This document shows, one piece after another, positions 19,131 through 29,112 of a stretch of 64,000 nt of DNA. The stretch spans positions 182,578 to 246,577 of the forward strand of contig CAYGKO010000001.1 of NCBI GenBank assembly GCA_964350735.1. Direction: 5' to 3'. Under the pieces are notes generated by a model, which was given only the letters and a program-made list of their open reading frames with translations, was not told the origin of the DNA and made no database searches. The DNA is from an uncultured Candidatus Saccharibacteria bacterium. Its GTDB lineage: Bacteria > Patescibacteriota > Minisyncoccia > Phycocordibacterales > UBA918. Both the position numbers and the translations under genes were made by a program. The number at the start of each line of letters is the position of its first letter. The stretch's first letter is position 1.

Positions 19131-19727
19131 ATGGCAACTGGTAAACAGTCAAGCAAAATAGGTGAGAGCCACGAAGACCGTTTTTTGAAAGCGTTTGAAG
19201 AATATAGCGATGCGCTTTTTCGTCACGCTAGTCTTCGCATCAATGATCGAGAACGAGCCATCGATGTCGTGCACGACACATACACCAAGGTGTGGATGTA
19301 TGTGCGCAAAGGACACGACATCGAACAATTTCGCCCGTTCTTGTATAAGGTGCTCAATAACCTCATTATCGATGAATACCGCAAGAAGCGGGAAACTTCA
19401 CTCGATGCGTTGTTTGAGGTTGATGGAGTGGATGAAGGAACGTTTGACGATCTTTCAGAAAACACCGTTGAGCAGCTGGCAGCGACCATTGATGGCAAGA
19501 AGGCTTTCAAAGAACTCGAGCGATTACCGGATGAATACCGTGAGGTGATCATTCTACGCTTTATCGATGAACTTGGTCCTAAAGAGATCAGCGAACTCAT
19601 TGAAGAATCGGAGAACGTCATTTCGGTTCGACTGCACCGTGGTCTGGCCATGTTGCGGAAACTAATGCAACAAGAGGAAGCCAGTATCGAAGATCGCCGG
19701 CAGCTCAAAAGCCAAAAACAAAATTAA
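19131..19727 (+). CDS. ECF RNA polymerase sigma factor
   Basis: Region 2 (AIDVVHDTY..FLYKVLNNLIID) and region 4 (LPDEYREVIILR..SVRLHRG). Confidence 0.93.
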   Translation: MATGKQSSKIGESHEDRFLKAFEEYSDALFRHASLRINDRERAIDVVHDTYTKVWMYVRKGHDIEQFRPFLYKVLNNLIIDEYRKKRETSLDALFEVDGVDEGTFDDLSENTVEQLAATIDGKKAFKELERLPDEYREVIILRFIDELGPKEISELIEESENVISVRLHRGLAMLRKLMQQEEASIEDRRQLKSQKQN

Positions 19728-19732
19728 AATTT

Positions 19733-21151
19733 ATGAAACGTTTTTCAGAACAACTTAAGAAGCAATCAAACCAGACTCGAATGAGTGTGGCTGAAAAGCG
19801 TGATCTGACTGAGCGTCTGACTGCGTACATGGAATATCATCCGTTACCAAAAGAACGAGCCGAGATGACTGTTGCAGCACCGACTGAGGTGGTGAGTGAG
19901 TCATTTACGTTGGTTCGATTTAATACACCGCAGGTACGGAGTTTCTTGGGGGTGTTTACCGTGCTGCTCATTATTGTTGTGCCAATTGTGGCGGAACGAT
20001 CAGTACCTGGTGATGTGCTGTACCCAGTGAAAGTGCAATTTAATGAAGAGGTACGATCAAGCTTGTCATTATCACCGTACCAAAAAGTAGAGTGGGAAAC
20101 CGAGCGACTAGAACGACGAATTTCTGAAGCGCGACTATTGGCGAGTGAAGGAAAGCTCACCGAAGCCGTACAGGCTGAAGTAGCTAAAGCAGTAAAAGGA
20201 CATTCGGATGCAGCCCAAGCTGAGATCGCAGCGATCACTGCAAGCGATAGTGACGAAGGAGCCCTCGCGGGTATTACCTTTAATGCGGCTCTGGAGGTGC
20301 AGTCAGAAGTGCTCGAACGAGATAGTGAGAATGGAGTTGGTAATGACGGACTCTCATTAGTAGTAGATGAAGCGATCGCAGCTGCTGGACCAGATAAACC
20401 AGCTGCACCATCATACGAAAAGACCTTGGCTCGACTCGAAGAAGAAACCACCCGTGCGACCGAATTTTTTAATAGTATTACTGATGTCGCTTCGGCAGCT
20501 CAGAAAGCAGACGTTGAACGTCGCCTAGCGGATATCGGACGGAAGGTAGATGAAGCAATTGCATTACGAGCTAATGAATCAGAAACTGATAAAGCGGCAG
20601 CAGTGACACTACTGACCCAGTCTCTCTCTGATACGCGCAAGCTCATCAGCTTTATGACGGCTATTGATGTAAAAAATACGGTAGAAGTAGAAGACTTAGT
20701 GCCGGTAGTATTCACATTAGAAGAACGCATTACAGCAGTGCGATTGCAGATTACTGATGCTGAAGAGGCGATCAAGACAGTTGAAGGACAGATCTCTTCT
20801 ACTGAAGATGCGGCGCTCGTCGAGAAGGCTACCTTTGGTTTGGAGACGGTTGTAGTCGCTATTGCGACTGCGAGTAGTAGCGTAGCGAGCACCACCGCTC
20901 CCGACATTGAGACAGCTGAAGTAGCAGCGCAAGAAGCTACCGACGCATTGGCAGATCTCACGAAGACACTTTCTTTAGCGCCAAGTACTCCAGTAGTACC
21001 AGAAGAGGCGCTAGCGAGTAGTACTCTAGAAGTGGTGGAAGAAAAAGCTACTAGTACTGAAGAAATAGCTGAAACAGAGCCAGTAGCGGTAGAAGAAACT
21101 GAAGTGGTACCAGCAGTTGAAGCAACTACTACTGTAGAAGCTGAAGTGTAG
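19733..21151 (+). CDS. putative anti-sigma membrane protein (DUF5667-like)
   Basis: TM, then AERSVPGDVLYPVK...ERRISE; directly downstream of the ECF sigma. Confidence 0.75.
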   Translation: MKRFSEQLKKQSNQTRMSVAEKRDLTERLTAYMEYHPLPKERAEMTVAAPTEVVSESFTLVRFNTPQVRSFLGVFTVLLIIVVPIVAERSVPGDVLYPVKVQFNEEVRSSLSLSPYQKVEWETERLERRISEARLLASEGKLTEAVQAEVAKAVKGHSDAAQAEIAAITASDSDEGALAGITFNAALEVQSEVLERDSENGVGNDGLSLVVDEAIAAAGPDKPAAPSYEKTLARLEEETTRATEFFNSITDVASAAQKADVERRLADIGRKVDEAIALRANESETDKAAAVTLLTQSLSDTRKLISFMTAIDVKNTVEVEDLVPVVFTLEERITAVRLQITDAEEAIKTVEGQISSTEDAALVEKATFGLETVVVAIATASSSVASTTAPDIETAEVAAQEATDALADLTKTLSLAPSTPVVPEEALASSTLEVVEEKATSTEEIAETEPVAVEETEVVPAVEATTTVEAEV

Positions 21152-21166
21152 AAAGAATACACAATG

Positions 21167-21208
21167 ACAAAACCGGGTGGGTTCCTAAAAGGAATCCACC
21201 CGGTTTTG
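21167..21208. terminator. intrinsic terminator
   Basis: CAAAACCGGGTGG...CCACCCGGTTTTG. Confidence 0.75.
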
Positions 21209-21362
21209 CTCTAAACACTTTAAATATAAAAAGAAAGAACCCGCTGAACACTAGGTCCAGTCGGGAACGCCTACCAAAAGGTAGAAAGTAGATACGCAAA
21301 CAAACACTTGTTCGCACGGGCCGTCCTAGGACGGCCCGTGCTGGTTTCGCAGGCTCAGAACC

Positions 21363-22079
21363 TTACTGCGCGCGGAAGTGACCGCGCCGACGGGCCTGAC
21401 GCGCAGCTTCGGCGGTGCCCGGCTGGCCGAGGCGACGAAGCGCGCCGGTCCCACGTTTCTTCGGCATCGCGTGGCGGCTGACGAAATCTGTCGTGGAACC
21501 GCGCTTGATGTTGAACGCCTGGTCTGTTGAAACGACCTGGCCCATTTCACCGTGGAACTTGCCTGCGGCGTTCTTCGAAGCCGAACTCACCGCCGCGCCT
21601 ATGTCCTTGAGGGTGCGCGCGGCGACCGTCGCGAAGTTTTCAATGTCCAGGCATTCGCCTGCGACGATCGCGTTGTAAGCGGCGAGCAGGGAAGGACAGT
21701 CGGTCCGGCAGGTCATCGTTTCGACCACATCGGTGGAAGCGCCGATCAGCGGGTTAATGGCGATGATGTCGAACAGCGCTTCGGCACGGGTTTCATCGAC
21801 GACCGCGAACAGGTTCACGATGGTGCCCCGATGGAGAATCAGCACGTCGTCTTCGACAAAGGCGATCAGCGTCGGCGTGCTGGCTTCAGCGATGATCAGC
21901 GCGGGGGCGCCGTCGTTCTTGAAGAGGTAGGCGGTGCCGCCATCGATGTCGATCTGATCGAAGTCGTTGAAGCTCATTTCGGAGCCGCCGAGCAGATTGG
22001 GACGCGCCAAGGCTGTGGTCGCGGCCATTGCGGAAACGGCGAGCGCAGCGGGAGCGGTCGTCTGATGCAGATGTTTCAT
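21363..22079 (-). CDS. GC-rich hypothetical protein
   Basis: Long ORF with G/C-ending codons; hairpin 21316-21341 downstream. Confidence 0.6.
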   Translation of the reverse strand: MKHLHQTTAPAALAVSAMAATTALARPNLLGGSEMSFNDFDQIDIDGGTAYLFKNDGAPALIIAEASTPTLIAFVEDDVLILHRGTIVNLFAVVDETRAEALFDIIAINPLIGASTDVVETMTCRTDCPSLLAAYNAIVAGECLDIENFATVAARTLKDIGAAVSSASKNAAGKFHGEMGQVVSTDQAFNIKRGSTTDFVSRHAMPKKRGTGALRRLGQPGTAEAARQARRRGHFRAQ

Positions 22080-22407
22080 TTTGGTCTCTTTCGTTTGTAG
22101 AAACACCGGTCTGGGGCCGGTTTGTTTGGTTTGCGTGTCTTTCAAATAACAATCCATCCAACCGGATGGATGTCACAAGAATGACAACCACCTCCAGCTG
22201 GTGATCTTCTAAATATAAACCTAATTTCACATTCAACAACCTAAAAATGTGGTGTAATTTGAATAGTAATGATTTTCCCAAGTTGTCAAATTTTGTCGTA
22301 TCTTTCCCGTATAAAAATGAAAAACCGTATGACGGTTTGTCATACGGCTCAAATGTGAAAAAGAGCGGTGTCCTACGCGGCGACGAACCGCCGCGTAGGG
22401 TTGGGCG

Positions 22408-22845
22408 CTACAGCGCCCCTTGCATCCGGTCCAGCCTATCGGCCAGCGAGGCGCCCGGCGGAACGCCGATGCTGCCGCCGACCATGCTGCGACCGCGCTG
22501 CATGAAGATCATATCACGATCGTGGCTGTAGACGCCGACCCCCATCATGCCAACGGTCGTGTTGAATTCAAGCAGACCATCTTCCGCGACATTGTCGCAT
22601 GAATCATCATTCGTGATGTCAAAATCGAACGGCATGGGATGAAACGGGCTACGCTGCGCGGCTCTGAAGCCGATCGCATTGAGTAACTCCAGTATTTCGA
22701 GCTTGCGCCCACAGATGGAAATTTCTTCGGTCACAAAACCGACCACCATGATGGGGCCAATGGGCATCATGATTGGGGTTTCAACGACCGCATTAATGGC
22801 GAACGGGCAGCCTGCGCAGGCTGCGATAGACTTGATGGGACCCAT
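22408..22845 (-). CDS. GC-rich hypothetical protein
   Basis: GGAGG SD before MGPIKSIAACAGCPF; TTGACA-17-TACAAT promoter upstream. Confidence 0.6.
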   Translation of the reverse strand: MGPIKSIAACAGCPFAINAVVETPIMMPIGPIMVVGFVTEEISICGRKLEILELLNAIGFRAAQRSPFHPMPFDFDITNDDSCDNVAEDGLLEFNTTVGMMGVGVYSHDRDMIFMQRGRSMVGGSIGVPPGASLADRLDRMQGAL

Positions 22846-23029
22846 GGCGGGAACCTCCTGTTGATATTCCGGACGTTGCCGGTACTGCTCAATTGCCTTG
22901 CAAACCCTTCTGGCTGCAATAAAAAACAAATGAGTGGCGATATTGTACGTATGAATTTACGATTGTCAATTAATTACATACCACATAATTACTTGACGGT
23001 TTTCTCACTTAGCGCTATATTCTAAATAC

Positions 23030-23149
23030 ATGCAATTAGCATATACAACAACCGTACCAGGAGTCTCGGAAGCTGCGCACCAAGTGCTGCTGGCTCTCCT
23101 CCTGATTCTCGCCTTGATGAGCGGGCCGGTTGGAGTATATGCCCAGTAA
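23030..23149 (+). CDS. leader/small hydrophobic peptide (39 aa)
   Basis: MQLAYTTTVPGVSEAAHQVLLALLLILALMSGPVGVYAQ right after promoter TTGACG-17-TATATT; terminator near 23170-23205. Confidence 0.45.
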   Translation: MQLAYTTTVPGVSEAAHQVLLALLLILALMSGPVGVYAQ

Positions 23150-23395
23150 GTTGCACTACTTCGAAAATAAAACCGGTTCGTTCTCACAAGGAATGAACCG
23201 GTTTTGTTTACGGAGCTTTGTAAGCGGATAGCGATTCGCTGCTGGTGGCCAACCGGTATTTGGCCATCATCAGCGGATCGTACAGGTTGTCCAATAGGGC
23301 CACAAGATCCGTATCGAGCAGGGCCTCTTGAGGACAGCCTGTAGATCGTTGAAACGAGACTGACAACATCAGTCATGAGAGGGTGAGGAAGTAAA

Positions 23396-24511
23396 ATGGG
23401 ATTTATGCTTACGCGTGCGAATGAATTGTCGTTGCGGGACCTGGCAGTCTTACATCAGGCAGGAACATCAGTAATGAGAACGGCTCATGCTGGTAATATC
23501 TATCCAGCGAATCTGGCTGTGGCAGCAATGGGTATCCCGATGGTACTCCATGATCGGGTGAATGGCATGAAAGATCTTGCCAGCCATCCACACTTGATGA
23601 TCGAAAATGGTCAATCGCTGAAGATTGGTGATCAATCCTGTATGGTACTTCGGGCAAAAACTATACCACAAGTATGTCCATCTGGCTGTACCTTGGGTGA
23701 AGAACATGCTGCCGCGCTGCGGCTTGCATTACCTCAAGCAGAAGTTCAGACGATGACCGACTATCTGGAAAATCATCAGGAGTTGGCATGGAGTATCTTG
23801 GAAGAGGTTGGGAAAATGTCTCCCAAACATTTCTATCGGTACATGGATGCTGACGGAAGGATCAGCAAGTCACTACCACTGGGCGAGGCTCTTGATTGGG
23901 TCGAACTGTCCCAAAACGTGTATGGTTTTACCAACCTAAACGAAGGTTGGATTCCAGGTAATGTGGCTTACATTTTGCTGTGTGCAATCATCGAGTCCGT
24001 CAGAACAGGAGAACCGTTCGTCTATCACACTTCGGGTGTTGATATGGACGGCTATATGGACAGTCTATTGTCTGAGCTTAATCTCCTGTACTGTCATTTG
24101 CACAAGCGGGGTATTGCTCCGTTTGAGACACTTGATTTTCGGCTGGTCACCATTACTTCGATGCGCTTTTGTGGTCCAGACGCGACTGCGTCAGCACGTA
24201 AGGAGTTGTTTGAGAAGCTTGTTGCCTATAAAGCGTTTGAGGCGTCAGTAGGTGCCCGGATACAGGCTGTACCAAAGAATCAGCGGAGAACGGTCGTCGA
24301 AGCCATTGACGAAGAGCGTCGGCCACGCCAGCGATTGATTATGGAGATACGCTCTGAGTGCCCGGGGTTTGACTATGATCCTGCAACACCAACGTTCTTC
24401 TCTCAGTATGATGTTCCGACAAGAGGATTCTGTTTGGTCGAAGAGGCGGCGGCTACGTCGTTTGCTGACTTGGCTACCTTGAATACCATGATGGGTCGAT
24501 TTGACCCTTAA
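23396..24511 (+). CDS. hypothetical protein
   Basis: 371 aa ORF with SD; no family recognised. Confidence 0.8.
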   Translation: MGFMLTRANELSLRDLAVLHQAGTSVMRTAHAGNIYPANLAVAAMGIPMVLHDRVNGMKDLASHPHLMIENGQSLKIGDQSCMVLRAKTIPQVCPSGCTLGEEHAAALRLALPQAEVQTMTDYLENHQELAWSILEEVGKMSPKHFYRYMDADGRISKSLPLGEALDWVELSQNVYGFTNLNEGWIPGNVAYILLCAIIESVRTGEPFVYHTSGVDMDGYMDSLLSELNLLYCHLHKRGIAPFETLDFRLVTITSMRFCGPDATASARKELFEKLVAYKAFEASVGARIQAVPKNQRRTVVEAIDEERRPRQRLIMEIRSECPGFDYDPATPTFFSQYDVPTRGFCLVEEAAATSFADLATLNTMMGRFDP

Positions 24512-24581
24512 GGGTCAGGTCTCAAAGAAACTTTCGCTCGCTGGGTTTTACTGGCGAGCGATTTATTTTATACTCAACTAT

Positions 24582-25535
24582 ATGAAAATTATTGACTTGC
24601 ACCAAGATCTGAAACTATCGTTACTCCGACCGGAATTATTAGATGTTGCTCATCGGGCTAGTCCGCAGACTAATTTCTCCCAGTTAGCATCTTCAGATGT
24701 TGCCATGTTGTTATGTACTGGTTTTCCGGTACCAAATGATGGAGACTATTTTAAGAAAGAAAATTATACAGATTTGTTTGCTGATATTGAATGGTATAGA
24801 TCTTATACAGAAGTGAATTCGGAGTGGATGATGGTTGAGGATCGTGACGATCTTGAGGCTTGCATTAACGGCGAGCATCGCGGCCTACTGTTTCATTTAG
24901 AAGGCATTAATATGTTTACCGGGGAAGCCGATGATTGGGACAAGTTAGCAGCACTTCATGAATCAGGTTTAAGATCGATTGCACTTACGTGGACTAAACA
25001 GAATTCCTTGGCAGGAGGAAATGACACTCCTGAAATTGGCATTACTACATTGGGGCACGAAGTGATTAAATGGGCGCTCGATAACAAGTTAATTATTGAC
25101 TTGGCTCATTTAAGCCATGCTGGCTTTGCCGACTTTAGTAATAAGTATGATTTACCAATTTTAGTTTCACATGGAGCGGCGCAAAAATACTGCACTGATC
25201 CGCGAAATTATTCTGATGAAGAATTGAAGGCGATTGGAAATTCCGGCGGTTGTTTTGGGATGTTCTTTTCTAAAAAGTTTGTTACCAGTACACAATCCTG
25301 TGCCATAGAGGACGTGATCCGGCAGATTAATCACGTGAGGGATACTGCAGGCATCGATGCGGTCGCTGTAGGTAGTGATTTTGGTGGAATTGTGAGTGGT
25401 ACTCCAAAAGATTTGTCGTCAGTAACAGCGTTGCCCAAATTGCTTGATTGTTTGCAGCAACAAGGGTGGACGGTGGAAGAGTGTGAGAAGTTTGCCTACA
25501 AAAATGCTTTACGGGTACTCCAAGCATATTTATAG
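24582..25535 (+). CDS. membrane dipeptidase (peptidase M19 family)
   Basis: IDLHQD, HLEG, IDLAH, VSHG, RNYSDE, VGSDFGG. Confidence 0.9.
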   Translation: MKIIDLHQDLKLSLLRPELLDVAHRASPQTNFSQLASSDVAMLLCTGFPVPNDGDYFKKENYTDLFADIEWYRSYTEVNSEWMMVEDRDDLEACINGEHRGLLFHLEGINMFTGEADDWDKLAALHESGLRSIALTWTKQNSLAGGNDTPEIGITTLGHEVIKWALDNKLIIDLAHLSHAGFADFSNKYDLPILVSHGAAQKYCTDPRNYSDEELKAIGNSGGCFGMFFSKKFVTSTQSCAIEDVIRQINHVRDTAGIDAVAVGSDFGGIVSGTPKDLSSVTALPKLLDCLQQQGWTVEECEKFAYKNALRVLQAYL

Positions 25536-25547
25536 ACACAAAGATAA

Positions 25548-26456
25548 TTAATCCAGATATTTCAGCCAATCGGCGTACTTAGAATTTTCACCCTGCACAA
25601 TTTTGAAAAAAGCGTCTTTGATTTCATTGGCAGGGGAGAGATCGAAGGTTTTGAGTGGAGTGCCGTCTTGGTCAATATTACTAATAGGGGAGACTTCAGC
25701 GGCGGTGCCAGTGAAGAAGGCACTGTCGAAGTCGGCTAGTTCGATGGGGGCAATATCGCGCTCGATGGTGGTGTAGCCGAGGTCTTTGGTGAATTCGATT
25801 ACAGCGTCGCGGGTGATGCCAGCGAGAATCTTGCCAAGCTTAGGGGTGTGTAGCTCTTTGCCTTTGATAAAGAAAATGTTTTCACCCGGGCCTTCGGCGA
25901 TATTGCCAGCGTGGTCGAGCAGCACGGCTTCAAGGTAGCCGTTTTTCTTGGCGAGCATAGTGGCTAGGATGGAGTTTACATAATGGCCACTGACTTTAGC
26001 GTCAGCTACGACACTGTGTTCAGAAATACGGCGGTAGGGAGAAATTTCAGCTGAGACGGCGTCGGCTAAGTACTGACCCCAGGCCCAGGCTGCGATGAGT
26101 ACTTGGGGCTTGTTGTTAGTAACGCCAACCCCAAGGGCAGAGCTGTCTTGGTAGACCAACGGTCGGATATAGGCAGAGGTGAGGTTATTCTCACGCAAGA
26201 CTGCTTTAACGGCTTCAGTTAGTTCTTCCTTGGTATAAGGAATCTCAAGATAGAGAGTACTGGCAGAATAAAAGAGGCGGTCGATATGTTCTTCGAGGCG
26301 GAAGATTTGAGTTTGTCCGTCGGTTGTTTTGTACGCGCGGATGCCTTCAAAGACACCAGAGCCATAGTGTAGCGAATGAGTAAGGGGAGAAACGCCACTA
26401 TTTTCTAGCGTTTGTAGCTGGCCGTTTAGCCAGACTGGCATGGTTGGTTCAAACAT
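25548..26456 (-). CDS. ilvE: branched-chain amino acid aminotransferase
   Basis: LHYGSGVFEGIRAY, YIRP, AKVSGHY, EGPGENIF, ILAGITR, TGTAAEV. Confidence 0.95.
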   Translation of the reverse strand: MFEPTMPVWLNGQLQTLENSGVSPLTHSLHYGSGVFEGIRAYKTTDGQTQIFRLEEHIDRLFYSASTLYLEIPYTKEELTEAVKAVLRENNLTSAYIRPLVYQDSSALGVGVTNNKPQVLIAAWAWGQYLADAVSAEISPYRRISEHSVVADAKVSGHYVNSILATMLAKKNGYLEAVLLDHAGNIAEGPGENIFFIKGKELHTPKLGKILAGITRDAVIEFTKDLGYTTIERDIAPIELADFDSAFFTGTAAEVSPISNIDQDGTPLKTFDLSPANEIKDAFFKIVQGENSKYADWLKYLD

Positions 26457-26730
26457 AATGAGAGCAGTGTAGCATTTTTAGACCCGCCTTACATACAGCT
26501 CAGATAATGAGAAAACCGCCCAATTCATGAAAAGGGCGGCATTTCTCACACTGATCAAGTGTTGAAAGAAGAACTATTTCCGTTACATAAGCACCTGTAC
26601 TCATTTGGCGGAAGCTCTATCCTACTAGAGCATCAAAGGTTCTTCTAATTTTTGCTGTGTATAAGTACTTACTTAAGTATATTGCTAGAATTTGGTAGAG
26701 TAGGAGGGTTATTTAACTAAGTATACGACT

Positions 26731-27840
26731 ATGGATAGTTGGTTTATTACGTACATTAGTACGCAGGTACCGGAGCTGACGGTGACGTTGCCTATAGTAG
26801 GATTGGTTGATCTGACGGCCCCGGTAGTGTCACTACTTGTGTTCACACTACTTACGATTGCATTTATTATAGTACAGTCAGTAGTGTTGGTGCGTCTGCG
26901 GGCCTTATCAGCAAAGACGAGTAGTGATGTTGATGATGTGTTAATTGGAGCAGTGTCAGGGATTCGACCCTTTGTCTACATTTTGGTGGCAGGCTATGTG
27001 GCCTTACAGTTGTTTGCACTACCGACGGCAGCTGATCTGGCTGTAACGGGGGTCGTGTACTTTGTAGTAGTGTGGCAGATAGTTGAAATGGCGGTGAAGT
27101 TTGTTGATTATGGGGCTAAGCGATTCTTAGAAAAGGATGAAGATGGTGATGGTGAGGTTGACCCTGGTTCTGCTACGGCCTCTAACATGGTGGGGCTGAT
27201 GGCACGGATTGTGCTGTGGGCACTCGGTGGATTGTTTGTACTGTCGAATTTAGGAATTGAAGTGACGTCCTTGATTGCTGGACTCGGAATTGGTGGTATT
27301 GCCGTAGCGTTTGCGCTGCAGGGGATCTTATCTGACTTGTTTGCGTCGTTTTCAATTTACTTCGACCGGCCATTTCGGATTGGAGATTATATTGTGATTG
27401 GTGCAGATTCGGGAACGGTAGAAAAGATTGGGATCAAGAGTACCCGCATCCGCACCTTGCAGGGAGAAGAGTTGGTCGTGAGTAACGCCGAGCTGACTAC
27501 CGCCCGGGTGCAGAACTTTAAGAAGATGCAAGAGCGCCGGATTGTAACGCAGATTGGGGTGACCTATGACACTGATCAAGAGAATGTAGAGCTGATCCCT
27601 AAGATGGTGACGGAGATCTTCGGTACTCTGACCGGAGGACGACTAGATCGAGTACACTTCACGACGTTTGGTGATTCAGCGTTAATTTTCGACATTGTGT
27701 ACTACGTGGAGTCATCAGAGTACTCGGTATTCTTAGATATCCAGCAGGCGTTTAATGTCGCTCTACTGAAGCAATTCGCGCAAAAAGGAATCGAGTTTGC
27801 GTACCCAAGCCAAACTATTTATCACAAGCAGGTGGGCTAA
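26731..27840 (+). CDS. small-conductance mechanosensitive channel (MscS family)
   Basis: AGLGIGGIAVAFALQ, DRPFRIGD, GTVEKIGIKSTRIRT. Confidence 0.93.
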   Translation: MDSWFITYISTQVPELTVTLPIVGLVDLTAPVVSLLVFTLLTIAFIIVQSVVLVRLRALSAKTSSDVDDVLIGAVSGIRPFVYILVAGYVALQLFALPTAADLAVTGVVYFVVVWQIVEMAVKFVDYGAKRFLEKDEDGDGEVDPGSATASNMVGLMARIVLWALGGLFVLSNLGIEVTSLIAGLGIGGIAVAFALQGILSDLFASFSIYFDRPFRIGDYIVIGADSGTVEKIGIKSTRIRTLQGEELVVSNAELTTARVQNFKKMQERRIVTQIGVTYDTDQENVELIPKMVTEIFGTLTGGRLDRVHFTTFGDSALIFDIVYYVESSEYSVFLDIQQAFNVALLKQFAQKGIEFAYPSQTIYHKQVG

Positions 27841-27885
27841 AAGAATAAAAAAGCGGCGGGCCAGTTGGCCCGCCGCTTTTTTATT

Positions 27886-28968
27886 TTACTCAAGTTCGCG
27901 TTCTAGTAGTTCTGCCAAGAAGGGGATCAGCGTATCTTTAAAGATTTTTGCCTTGCGGGGAAGATCGCCCGTAATGCTCTCAGCTAGACTGAGGCCAGTT
28001 TCTTCTTTGATGGTGCGATCGACGTATGAAATAGTAATAGCATTGAGACTGCCATCACCTTGAGTGCTGTCGTCCCCTCGAGTTACGATAATGCCGATCG
28101 CGTCACCATCAGTATTGAGGACAGGCCCTCCCGATACACCAGACACACCAATGGCAGTGCCAGTGAGACTAAAGAGATCGGCGTAGTTAGAGCCGAAGGT
28201 AAAGAGATCAAAGATACTTGAAGTAGCGACACGTTGTTGCGGGGTGAAGGTGAGATCACCAGCAATGATGGTGTTGCTCGGGTAGCCACCGATAGTGACG
28301 GGGTCGCCATAGAGACTGCGCGGAGGCAGAGATACATTAGGTTGGATAGCGGGTATGACATTAAACATTGGTTGATTATCAATACGTCTAGTGGCATACA
28401 AAAGAGCATAGTCGCGTTCACCCGTACCACGCGGCTTGGCTGCAGTGACCAAGTCAGCGTGTTCATATACCCAAGCGGGTGAGATGTATAAGAGTTCAGC
28501 TTCGTAGGTAGGGGAGGCAGGACTGCCGGTGCGAACAATACATTCGGTTGTAGCGTTGTCTGACATGTCTTCCAGCAGTAGGAACTGCGCGACGTGTGCA
28601 TTAGTAAGGATTACTCCATCAGTCCCAATAAAAAATCCAGAGCCAGTAGTGCTGCGCACGAGAGCATCAGTAGTATATTCACAAAAAATGTTCACTAACG
28701 TTTCTTTGATTGGGGCGCTAGCAGGTCGAACTGGTTCGACACTGCCCAGTACCGCTGCTTGTTGGTAGAAAGCATTAGTAATGAGGATATCAGGGATATT
28801 GCCGCCGTATTCGTACTCAGAGGGAAGCCGAGTGAGTGTACCGTCAGTCACTTCAGCTGTTGGTTCATCCACTCCCTCGATCAGCTGGTTCAGTTGATCC
28901 GCTAGGCTGTTGGTGAGCCCAAGATATCCGATTAGGATGCTGGTAAATATATCGCTTAAGAATTGCAT
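27886..28968 (-). CDS. trypsin-like serine protease
   Basis: LTNAHV, RDYALL, GVSGGPV catalytic triad motifs. Confidence 0.85.
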   Translation of the reverse strand: MQFLSDIFTSILIGYLGLTNSLADQLNQLIEGVDEPTAEVTDGTLTRLPSEYEYGGNIPDILITNAFYQQAAVLGSVEPVRPASAPIKETLVNIFCEYTTDALVRSTTGSGFFIGTDGVILTNAHVAQFLLLEDMSDNATTECIVRTGSPASPTYEAELLYISPAWVYEHADLVTAAKPRGTGERDYALLYATRRIDNQPMFNVIPAIQPNVSLPPRSLYGDPVTIGGYPSNTIIAGDLTFTPQQRVATSSIFDLFTFGSNYADLFSLTGTAIGVSGVSGGPVLNTDGDAIGIIVTRGDDSTQGDGSLNAITISYVDRTIKEETGLSLAESITGDLPRKAKIFKDTLIPFLAELLERELE

Positions 28969-29041
28969 AGATTTCTCTCAAGTATAGCAAGCAGGGCTAG
29001 AAATCGAACAGGATAAGTGCTAGAATATCGCCCACAGAAAC

Positions 29042-29112
29042 GCGGGATTAGTTAAATGGTATAACATCTGCCTTCCAAGCAGAGGTCAGGAGTTCGATTC
29101 CCCTATCCCGCA
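29042..29112 (+). tRNA. tRNA-Gly(TCC), integration target
   Basis: GCGGGAT/ATCCCGC acceptor stem, loop CTTCCAA, TTCGATT. Confidence 0.95.

Noticed and set aside
20980-21150. Repetitive GTAG/GAAG/ACT tract as a DNA repeat element
   Set aside because: Explained by the low-complexity Glu/Thr/Val/Ala protein tail.
19837-21162. Long antisense ORFs (204 and 220 aa) and similar shadow ORFs elsewhere
   Set aside because: Ser/Ala-rich mirror frames of well-supported sense genes.
29088-29104. A-C mismatch in the tRNA-Gly T-stem as an integration scar
   Set aside because: The antisense trailer at 36171-36221 complements the present sequence, and the shared core lies 3' of the stem, so the mismatch looks native.
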